DNA of 37,318 bases from Syntrophorhabdus sp. PtaU1.Bin058 (GTDB lineage Bacteria > Desulfobacterota > Syntrophorhabdia > Syntrophorhabdales > Syntrophorhabdaceae): the NCBI GenBank assembly GCA_002067975.1, contig MVRS01000239.1:1-37318 (forward strand), in the 5' to 3' direction. Positions 1 through 7,177 of this stretch are shown here, piece by piece. Within the stretch, counting starts at the first letter, position 1; the number at the start of each line of letters is the position of its first letter. A model generated the notes under the pieces. It was given only the letters and a program-made list of their open reading frames with translations. It made no database searches and was not told where the DNA came from. Both the position numbers and the translations under genes were made by a program.

Positions 1-601
1 CTGATGCAAGGGCAACGGTGCCATTGGTTGCCGTTATCGTCCCTTCATTCGTAATATGGGGGGAGAGGAAGGCGACGTAGCCGCCGTTTACGGTCCCCTG
101 GTTGAGGAGGGAGCCTGCGCTTCCCGTATGCTCAAAGAGGTATTTTCCTGCAAGGAAGTTCTCATTGGTAAGATTAAGGGATGAGGCGACAAGCCCTCCT
201 ACGTCCACCCGGGCAGTGGGACCGAAGTACACCCCTGCGGCATTGAGGAGGAAGACCTGTCCGTTGGCGCTTAACCTCCCGTAGATCAGGGAGGGGTTCT
301 GGTCGAGGATACGGTTTAGGGCCACGCTGGATGCACCGGGCTGGTTGAAGGTGACCAAGGCGTTCTGACCGATGTTGAAGGTATTCCAGTTGGCGATCAT
401 CCTGTCGGTTGCCTGGTTCACGGTCATGGAGCTGCCTGACTGGGAGATGGTGCCGGTGCCTGATACGATCTGCCCGCCTGTGGGGAGGGCGGCGGGGTCG
501 AGGGAGAAGGCAGGCATATAATGGGCAAGAACACAGAGCAGGGTTATGCATAGGGTAATAAAGAACCTGGATATCGTTTTCGTATCGTATCTCTTCTTCA
601 T
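1..601 (-). CDS. Two-partner secretion exoprotein TpsA (filamentous hemagglutinin family), N-terminal ~200 aa only; gene continues beyond the window start
   Basis: Hand translation of the reverse strand from ATG at 601..599 gives MKKRYDTKTISRFFITLCITLLCVLAHYMPAFS... then a TPS secretion domain (TISQSGSSMTVNQATDRMIANWNTFNIGQNALVTFNQPGASSVALNRILDQNPSLIYGRLSANGQVFLLNAAGVYFGPTARVDVGGLVASSLNLT). Open to position 1 with no stop. This frame is absent from the ORF track because it lacks a stop inside the window. It lies 12 bp downstream of tpsB on the same strand. Confidence 0.75.
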   Translation of the reverse strand, partial: MKKRYDTKTISRFFITLCITLLCVLAHYMPAFSLDPAALPTGGQIVSGTGTISQSGSSMTVNQATDRMIANWNTFNIGQNALVTFNQPGASSVALNRILDQNPSLIYGRLSANGQVFLLNAAGVYFGPTARVDVGGLVASSLNLTNENFLAGKYLFEHTGSAGSLLNQGTVNGGYVAFLSPHITNEGTITATNGTVALAS

Positions 602-612
602 GGTCATCCCCT

Positions 613-2346
613 TTATAGCCATATGATAAGCTGGAGCCAGAAGCGTCCGTTGTCATTCAGGTTGTCGGCGTCGTTGCCGGATACGCTCCTGCCGTCGTTG
701 GGACCTACCTTGTGGGCGTAGGATGCCCTCACGCTGTAGAGACCGGGCTTGCCTACGTTGATCCCCACGCCTGCCCCGGAGAGGACATACTCGTTCTTCC
801 CGCTTGCGCTCGTGACGGAGCCGGGCCAGGGACTCCGGTGGAGCTTCACCCACCCTGCGTCAATGAAGCCTGTCAGCTGGGTCGCTGCCCATGAGGGCAT
901 AAAGGGTACATCGTAGCGGGTCTCAAGGGTGAGGGTGTGGCCTTCATCGCCCGGCGCCTCTCCCACGGGATAGGCACGGATGCCCGTGGGGCCTCCGAGG
1001 ATGAACTTCTGGGAGGAGTCGAGGTTGTAGGAGGCGAACTGTCCCTTGAGGGAGCCGAAGAGGGCGACCCTCTGGGTTATGCGCTGGAGACGGGCGAGAG
1101 AGTAGGTTGCCCGCATGAAGGTCCCTTGTGTCCTCGGTCCTGCATCATCGTTCTCCTTGTTGGCGGTAAGTCCCGAGAGGTCAACGTTCCCCCCGGTTAT
1201 GAGAAAAGAGGCGCTGGTGAGCCCCCCGCCCCCGAAGGTATCGAAGAAGCTCCCTGAGACAGAGGCGGTGCCGGTGGAGATCCTCCTGTCCCTCGTCTTC
1301 TCCCCGTTCGCCTCGTCGTTGAGCATCATGTACTCGGCCCCCATGCCTGTCCAGATGCTCGTGTTCCTGGTGCGGACGAGGGGATAGCTTATGCCGGCGG
1401 AGAGGGTGTCTGCCCAGCCCTTTGCCTTGAGGTCGGCGAGGTCCTTGCCCAGCTCATAGGTGAGGCCCGTATAGGCGGCGTTTACGGTAAGGCCCGTTGA
1501 CCCGACGGGGAGGTCGTATGCGGCCCTCCACTGGCTTAAGTGCTCTGCATAGGTGGAGGAGAGGGTCATCTGGTCCCCGAGGCCGAAGGGGTCGTAGGCC
1601 GATACCTGGCCGGTACCCCGGTAGGTGCCGGTATAGCGGTCGCCGAAGGTGTCCCCGGAGAGAAGTCCGTGGAAGACGGGGCCTTCATCGGCATTGATCA
1701 CGATCCGTGTGGTGCCCGGGGCTGCACCGGGTTCAAGGGATGCCCTGGCAGTGATGCCGGGGAGGTCGTTCATGAGGAGCACGGCCCTCTCTATCTGCTC
1801 CATCCTGGCAGGGCCGCCGGAAGGGACGGAACGCTCCGCGATGCCTGCGAGCAGGGAGGGTCTGATCCTTTTGGGCTCCTCCATGTTGATCCTCACCTTC
1901 CCGTCGATGCGGCCCGAGATAATGGCGATGGTGACGATCCCCTCGGTTATGTCCTGTTTGGGGAGGTATGCCCTGGCAAGGAGATAGCCCTTCTTCTCAC
2001 GGAGGTAGGCGGTGACCCGGGAGGCTGCCTCCTGGAGGTCGGCAAAGCCCAGTTCCTTGCCTATGTTGTCCTTGACAAGCTCCTGAAGCTCGGCGTCCGT
2101 TGCGATCGTGTCGAGACCAATGAAGCGGAAGCCCTTGACGAGCACCTTTATGCCCCTGTCGGTCATGGGAGGGGCTATCGTCTCCTTCTCGCGGTCTGCG
2201 GGGAGGCGGTCAGGGAGGGCAGCGCCGGGCTGTCTTTGTTCCTGAAGAAGGATGCCTGCGTCGGGTCTGGTCTGGGCTGTGGCGGCGGTGCATAGGAAAA
2301 GGACAATACAGGTGAAGCAGAAGAATATTCCGGCAGGATGTTTCAC
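613..2346 (-). CDS. TpsB outer-membrane transporter/activator of the ShlB/FhaC/HecB family (POTRA + Omp85-like beta-barrel)
   Basis: 594-aa ORF with signal peptide, POTRA-like segment (LLARAYLPKQDITEGIVTIAIISGRIDGKV) and a C-terminal barrel ending in an aromatic residue. The likely real start is the GTG at 2346 preceded by GAGGGGGAG; the ORF track extends to 2397. Confidence 0.85.
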   Translation of the reverse strand: MKHPAGIFFCFTCIVLFLCTAATAQTRPDAGILLQEQRQPGAALPDRLPADREKETIAPPMTDRGIKVLVKGFRFIGLDTIATDAELQELVKDNIGKELGFADLQEAASRVTAYLREKKGYLLARAYLPKQDITEGIVTIAIISGRIDGKVRINMEEPKRIRPSLLAGIAERSVPSGGPARMEQIERAVLLMNDLPGITARASLEPGAAPGTTRIVINADEGPVFHGLLSGDTFGDRYTGTYRGTGQVSAYDPFGLGDQMTLSSTYAEHLSQWRAAYDLPVGSTGLTVNAAYTGLTYELGKDLADLKAKGWADTLSAGISYPLVRTRNTSIWTGMGAEYMMLNDEANGEKTRDRRISTGTASVSGSFFDTFGGGGLTSASFLITGGNVDLSGLTANKENDDAGPRTQGTFMRATYSLARLQRITQRVALFGSLKGQFASYNLDSSQKFILGGPTGIRAYPVGEAPGDEGHTLTLETRYDVPFMPSWAATQLTGFIDAGWVKLHRSPWPGSVTSASGKNEYVLSGAGVGINVGKPGLYSVRASYAHKVGPNDGRSVSGNDADNLNDNGRFWLQLIIWL

Positions 2347-2458
2347 GGTCTCCCCCTCGATTTCGTTAACCCGTTGATCGTACCGCTTTCTTCGCACAAC
2401 CCTTAGATGTAGGCAAAGAAGCTATCCGGATTTTAAATAGTATAATTTTTAATAGTTT

Positions 2459-2495
2459 ATTATATTCCGACGTTCCCCACAGATCGCCCACAGAT
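2459..2495 (-). promoter_or_regulatory. Candidate tpsB promoter: minus-strand TATAAT (2464..2459), then 11 bp, then two direct repeats ATCTGTGGG with 11-bp periodicity (plus-strand CCCACAGAT at 2476-2484 and 2487-2495) overlapping the -35 region
   Basis: Read directly from the sequence. The repeats have exact 11-bp spacing and sit about 105 nt upstream of the tpsB start. Confidence 0.3.
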
Positions 2496-2536
2496 TAAAA
2501 AAAAACGAAAAAAAGAGAGCGATTCAGGAGATGGTT

Positions 2537-5500
2537 TTACAGCCCTTGGAGTATGGAGGAATAGATGGCCTGGGTCTCAGCGGAAGGGTCTATACTGAGA
2601 TCGTCCCTGAGCAGGCTGCAGCAGCGGTTGTATGTCTTGACGACATCCGCCTTCCTGCCGAGTTTCCCATAGCATTTCATGAGCCTCTGATAGAATTCTT
2701 CGGCGAGATGATCGGTGTCCAGCCCCTGCTGATAAAATTCTACTGCCTGTTCCCATTGTCCGGTTTGCTCATAATGACGGCCGCTTATGCTGATTGCACG
2801 CAACAGGTTGTTTTTCAGCAATTCATGTCTGTGTACAGCCCAGGGCAGGTTGGTGTCAGCCGGAAGGAAAGGTCCTTTATGCAGACCGGCGGCCTTTTCG
2901 CAGAGTTGCACGACCTGATCGGCCGGTGATTTCCTGATCTTTTCGAACACGCGTTCCAGCACCATGCTGTCTACCCAACAATAGAGGGGGTCCAGACTTA
3001 CCTGTCCGGCGCCGTATTTTACAAAATTATCTCCGCCCAGCAGTCGACGCAAACGGCTCATGGTCATTTCGAGGGACTTGTGCGCAAGGTCGCCGTCCGC
3101 ATCGGGCCAGAGCGCCTGGGCCAAACGTTCCACCGGAATGTTGCTGCCGCCATAGGCAATGACGGCCTTGAGCATTTCCAGGGGTTTCTTCTGCACCTTT
3201 CCTGTAAACTCAAGGGGCTTCCCATCCTTGACGATCTCAAATCTCCCGAGGGTGTATATTTTGATGGGATAGGGCCAACATTCAATGAAGGATGCAGAAG
3301 TTGCGAAGGGTAGGTGCAGAGGAGGAGTCAGCCCCAGCTTTCCGATCAACCCCTTCACATATTCCGGTTCTATCCCTTCCGCAAGGGCCCTCGCATAAAG
3401 GAATTGCATGACCGAAGGCTGGTAGAACTCGAGATGGACATAACCATGTTCCCTGCCCAGCAAAAGCCCGCGACGGAGCGACACCAGCCCTTCCTTTTCC
3501 TTTCCTCCCTGCAAAAGGAGATAAGCATCGATCAACAGACCGTACCACTCCATGACGTAGCTCTTCATTCCCAGACCGATCCGGCGCACAGCTTGAACAT
3601 GTTTCTTCGCATCCCTCGTACGGCCTTGCAGAAAGGTCACCTGCGCCATGCCGATATGCCATAAGGCCCGGTAGTAGGGTGTTCCCATGTTCGCCACTTT
3701 GGTGGAGATTGTTTCCATATGTTCGGCGGCAAGGGATGCGTTTCCCGTGAGCATTGCATGCCAGGCGGAATTGATGTGATAAAAGAAAATATCCAGTGCC
3801 TTTGACATGCTGAGAGATGCCGTCCTCTGATTCTGTAGCGATTTCTCCGCAAGCACCATATCGCCGGAGGCCATTTCCGCCGCGGCGCTGAAGCTCCACA
3901 ACAGAGAATCAAAAACATGCACGCCGCTCTTATCGGCGAGACCCAGCCCTTCGGATAGAATCCGCAAGGCGTTTTCATACTGTGCCGTAACCCAGTAATG
4001 AATACCCTTCATCAACTTTATACGGATGGCGGCAAAGGGAGCGGGGCTTTGATTCAGGATTTCAGTCTCGGCCCTTTCAAGCAGAATTTCATTTTTCTGA
4101 TACTCCCCTTTCCACAAATAATAGATACTCATACAAAAGACGGTGTCGATCTGGATATCGACAGAGGGGTTTTTCTGCAACAGAACGGGTATAAGCTTCA
4201 ACAATTCATCCACTTTCTGCGGCTGGTCCGTTTTCCGCAGCGTAAGGCATATCAGCATCCTCGATGATGCGATAAGGTCTACTTCGCTTGAAGGGAAGGA
4301 TGGATAGGCGCTTCTCAGGTTGTTGAAGACCGTGATGCAGTCGTCGAGGTGCTTCCAGTCGTCGAGCTCAAAGGCATAGGTATCCACAATGCCGGCCCAG
4401 GAAAGATACTGGCCCGCTGCATCATCGCCGTCCCTGAACAATGAAAAGGCCAATTCAAGGGCTTCCCTGGTGCGGGGTATGTCGAAGGGGAAGAAACACA
4501 TCCCTTCCCAGTACAAAAACCATGGGTTGCCTGCGGCCGTCTCGCTGGGAATACCCGCGATCCATTCGGCGACGGTTTTGTTCCTTCCCTGATGCAGAAA
4601 TTCCCTTGCGTGGCCTATGACCATCCGGGCGAGATGTTGTCCCTCTCCGGCATCGAGATAAAGCCTGGCAGCACCTTCAATCTGTCCCGACTCTTCCAGC
4701 ATCTGCGCCGCCTTTTTCCTGAGCTTAGCCAGTTTTTCGGGACGATAGAACGTCTTTGCCCGGCTCATCAGGTAATCCCTGAACAACGGATGATAACGGT
4801 AACCCCTGCCGCCGGAAAGTTTCTCGGTAAAATAATTCTGACGGTTCAACTTCGAAAGGATAGACTCCGCAAGGCCCTCGCCCGTAAGCCTTTCTGCCAG
4901 AGGAACACTCAGGCTGGGCAGGAAGGCGGTCTTGAGAAGAAACTCCTGCACCCCTTTTTCCGTTTTTTCAAAGATCTCACCTGCGAAATAATCGAACACG
5001 CGGCCATAGGCAGCATCCGTATCCAATAAGGTTTCCGTTTTGTCGAATCTCGCCCGCTCCAGCACCAGGACGATCCCGGCAGCCCATCCCTCCGTATTTT
5101 CATGTATCTCCTTTATGGATTGATCGTCCATCTGCGGGATGCGTCCCCGGACAAGCTCCCTGGATTCTTTAAACGTAAAACGAATTTCACTATACTCGAG
5201 CACGTTGATCTTTCCGTTGGCTTGCAGACGGGCCAGTGCGGTCGGCGGATCGCTGCGGCTGACGACCACGATTCGAACGCCTTCAGGGACACCGTCGAAT
5301 CCGTTTGCGATCATGTCGTGAAACGGAGAGCCGGCGGGTACATCCTGGTAGTTGTCCAGGACGATGAAGAAACCATTCGGAGTGATGTGTGGTGGGTATC
5401 GGGTTGCGAGACGGTGGTAGAGTTTCTCAAAATACCTTCGGGTAAAGGTAGGAATGCCGGCAAGATATTCCCGTGTCAGAAGCGGGAGGCTCTGCTTATA

Positions 5501-5776
5501 CCGCGGTGCGGCCTTCTTGGCGGCAAGACCCATGTAATAGAAGAACGTTGCAAGGTCTGAATCCCCTTCGTCACATTGATACCAGATGCATGGGAGTTTG
5601 CGGGAATCCAGATAGCTCGAAACAAGGGTTGTCTTCCCGGAACCGGCGGGCGAGGACACCCAGACGACGGACTTCCCCACTTTGCCGTCCAGAATGCCAA
5701 AAACCCTCTGCCTTTGCACCACCCGGGAAAGGTCCGGACGTGTTATTTTAAAATAATTGGGTACAGGGACATCCAT
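2537..5776 (-). CDS. Large STAND/MalT-like signal-transduction NTPase with a C-terminal SARP-type DNA-binding module (OmpR/PhoB winged helix + BTAD)
   Basis: 1079 aa. N-terminal P-loop NTPase (Walker A SSPAGSGKTTL, Walker B FFIVLDNYQD) resembling the MalT/LAL N-domain; a long helical/TPR-like middle region; C-terminal OmpR-type wHTH (YTLGRFEIVKDGKPLEF...LLKAVIAYGG) followed by a BTAD helical domain. The start is 7 bp after the upstream YiiX-like gene stop. Confidence 0.7.
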   Translation of the reverse strand: MDVPVPNYFKITRPDLSRVVQRQRVFGILDGKVGKSVVWVSSPAGSGKTTLVSSYLDSRKLPCIWYQCDEGDSDLATFFYYMGLAAKKAAPRYKQSLPLLTREYLAGIPTFTRRYFEKLYHRLATRYPPHITPNGFFIVLDNYQDVPAGSPFHDMIANGFDGVPEGVRIVVVSRSDPPTALARLQANGKINVLEYSEIRFTFKESRELVRGRIPQMDDQSIKEIHENTEGWAAGIVLVLERARFDKTETLLDTDAAYGRVFDYFAGEIFEKTEKGVQEFLLKTAFLPSLSVPLAERLTGEGLAESILSKLNRQNYFTEKLSGGRGYRYHPLFRDYLMSRAKTFYRPEKLAKLRKKAAQMLEESGQIEGAARLYLDAGEGQHLARMVIGHAREFLHQGRNKTVAEWIAGIPSETAAGNPWFLYWEGMCFFPFDIPRTREALELAFSLFRDGDDAAGQYLSWAGIVDTYAFELDDWKHLDDCITVFNNLRSAYPSFPSSEVDLIASSRMLICLTLRKTDQPQKVDELLKLIPVLLQKNPSVDIQIDTVFCMSIYYLWKGEYQKNEILLERAETEILNQSPAPFAAIRIKLMKGIHYWVTAQYENALRILSEGLGLADKSGVHVFDSLLWSFSAAAEMASGDMVLAEKSLQNQRTASLSMSKALDIFFYHINSAWHAMLTGNASLAAEHMETISTKVANMGTPYYRALWHIGMAQVTFLQGRTRDAKKHVQAVRRIGLGMKSYVMEWYGLLIDAYLLLQGGKEKEGLVSLRRGLLLGREHGYVHLEFYQPSVMQFLYARALAEGIEPEYVKGLIGKLGLTPPLHLPFATSASFIECWPYPIKIYTLGRFEIVKDGKPLEFTGKVQKKPLEMLKAVIAYGGSNIPVERLAQALWPDADGDLAHKSLEMTMSRLRRLLGGDNFVKYGAGQVSLDPLYCWVDSMVLERVFEKIRKSPADQVVQLCEKAAGLHKGPFLPADTNLPWAVHRHELLKNNLLRAISISGRHYEQTGQWEQAVEFYQQGLDTDHLAEEFYQRLMKCYGKLGRKADVVKTYNRCCSLLRDDLSIDPSAETQAIYSSILQGL

Positions 5777-5783
5777 AAAATTA

Positions 5784-6356
5784 TCAATATCTCCGATGCT
5801 TGCAGCCGTCCCATATCTCCTGGGGAAGGATGATGCTCTTCGTCCCCGGAATGTTAAAGACCCTTGCCCCGGTGTTGAGGTCGATCCCGTTCCTCAGATA
5901 CGCCTTGTACGCAAGCTGGCTGCAATAGAAGGCGTCCTCGGTGGATGAGTTGAAAAAATTGATGTTGTACGGTTTTTTGAGCTCTGCCTGCTTGAGGCAG
6001 TATGCTGCGACGTCCTCCCGTATCGCCGCCTCCCGTGCAGTGCCAATATCTCCTGATGCAAGGGGATATGCGATGCCGTAGAGAACATCGGCAAAAGGAC
6101 CCCGCCTGCGTCTCATCTTTTTTGCGTCCCACCTGTGGTCGATAATATCGAAGGTTATCACCTTCCCCTTGGCGCCCGCTTCAACACATCTCCCTTCGGG
6201 GCCGACATAGATAACGATGTGGTCCACGTCCCCCGGTATGAGCTTGCCGATGAGGCGCCAGAACTGCCCGGTGATGTCCTCGGTGCCGCCGTCGGTAGTG
6301 CAGATGAGGTCTCCCGTCTGAACGGCCAGTCTCTCTATCTCATAGGCGTGAACCAT
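5784..6356 (-). CDS. YiiX/YaeF (DUF830) family permuted papain-fold (NlpC/P60-like) hydrolase, cytoplasmic
   Basis: 190 aa. Motifs match E. coli YiiX: TGDLI...DHIVIYVG (His region) and KPYNINFFNSSTEDAFYCSQLAYKAY (catalytic Cys C-terminal to the His, i.e. permuted order). No signal peptide. Confidence 0.65.
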   Translation of the reverse strand: MVHAYEIERLAVQTGDLICTTDGGTEDITGQFWRLIGKLIPGDVDHIVIYVGPEGRCVEAGAKGKVITFDIIDHRWDAKKMRRRRGPFADVLYGIAYPLASGDIGTAREAAIREDVAAYCLKQAELKKPYNINFFNSSTEDAFYCSQLAYKAYLRNGIDLNTGARVFNIPGTKSIILPQEIWDGCKHRRY

Positions 6357-6585
6357 CTCTGCTTTCTATACGCCATTATAGTATCATAATTTTGAATATC
6401 AGTGGATAAAAAAACAGATGCTGGTACTCGATGCCGGAGCATAGCGCAAAGCGCATGGCGCATAGCGGAACAACCAAGCCGTAAGGAGTTTTTTGACTCT
6501 CCACCCTAAGCTCTCCCCGCTTTCTGCTGCAGTTTCCCCTTACGACTCACGCCTCACAACTTACGGGTTTATGCCTCTCACTATC

Positions 6586-6703
6586 TACTATTCACTATCG
6601 ACTGACTTTATTTCAGCTATCAGCAAAAGCTTTTTTGTTTCAGCTGGCAGCTGATTGCTGACAGCTATCTACTATCTACTATTCACTATCGACTATCGAC
6701 TGC
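6586..6703. repeat. Two arrays of tandem heptamers TATCTAC / TATTCAC / TATCGAC: 3 units at 6589-6609 and 5 units at 6667-6701. The nearby run GCGCAAA-GCGCATG-GCGCATA at about 6443-6466 is a separate imperfect repeat.
   Basis: Read directly: ...cTATCTACTATTCACTATCGACtgac... and ...TATCTACTATCTACTATTCACTATCGACTATCGACtg... The second array overlaps the stop codon of the thioesterase gene. Confidence 0.6.
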
Positions 6704-7130
6704 CTTTATATTCTTCCAGCGCCTTTAGGAAGGTCTTAGGGATGGGCGCCGTCTTGCGACGGTTGTAATTGAAGGCCGCAAAACCAGTTTCCATCAAGGC
6801 GATCGGCCTGCCTGCCTTTGATATGCGGTGGAAGAGCCTGAACCTGGTCCCGGAGATCTCCCCCACATGGCTCTCGACGGTCACCTCTTCGAAGAGAAAG
6901 GCCTCTTCCTTGAACGTCACCACCAGGTCGCTCATGATGATACCCGTCTCCCCGTCTCCCAGATCAAGCTCCGTAAGGCCCAGAAGGCGAAAGAGATGCA
7001 CCCTCGCTTCCCAGACCATGGCGATGACAGCATCATGACCGATATGGCCTGAATAGTTCAGATGGCCGATCTGCGCTTCAAGTTTATAGGTAAACTCGTA
7101 TTCCTTCTGTTCCTGCAGGACTACCTTCAA
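6693..7130 (-). CDS. Hotdog-fold acyl-CoA thioesterase (4HBT/YbgC-like)
   Basis: 145 aa with a GHIGHDAVIAMVWEARVHLF segment typical of 4HBT-type thioesterases. Sits downstream of the molybdoenzyme gene on the same strand. Confidence 0.6.
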   Translation of the reverse strand: MKVVLQEQKEYEFTYKLEAQIGHLNYSGHIGHDAVIAMVWEARVHLFRLLGLTELDLGDGETGIIMSDLVVTFKEEAFLFEEVTVESHVGEISGTRFRLFHRISKAGRPIALMETGFAAFNYNRRKTAPIPKTFLKALEEYKGSR

Positions 7131-7177
7131 TATCGTCTCCTCGCGTTTCCGGTCTTTCCCTGACGGCCGTTTCTTTT

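Noticed and set aside
174-656. 160-aa minus-strand ORF in the ORF track
   Set aside because: It is in a different frame from the TPS-domain reading frame that translates cleanly from 601 to 1. Its product is Arg/Pro-rich with no recognisable domain, so it is a GC-rich shadow ORF.
1540-2295. 251-aa plus-strand ORF antisense to tpsB, with other plus-strand ORFs at 937-1987
   Set aside because: Entirely antisense to a well-supported ShlB/FhaC-family gene. The composition is Gly/Arg/Pro-rich low-complexity, typical of spurious frames in high-GC DNA.
2441-2446. Plus-strand TATAAT in the AT-rich spacer between the STAND gene and tpsB
   Set aside because: It would drive transcription antisense into the 3' end of the STAND gene with no plausible target. 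The minus-strand TATAAT with upstream direct repeats fits the gene arrangement better.
6641-6655. Sigma54-like motif TGGCAG-ctga-TTGCT on the plus strand
   Set aside because: The GG-to-GC spacing is one nucleotide short of the required -24/-12 geometry, and it points into the 3' end of a convergent gene with nothing downstream.
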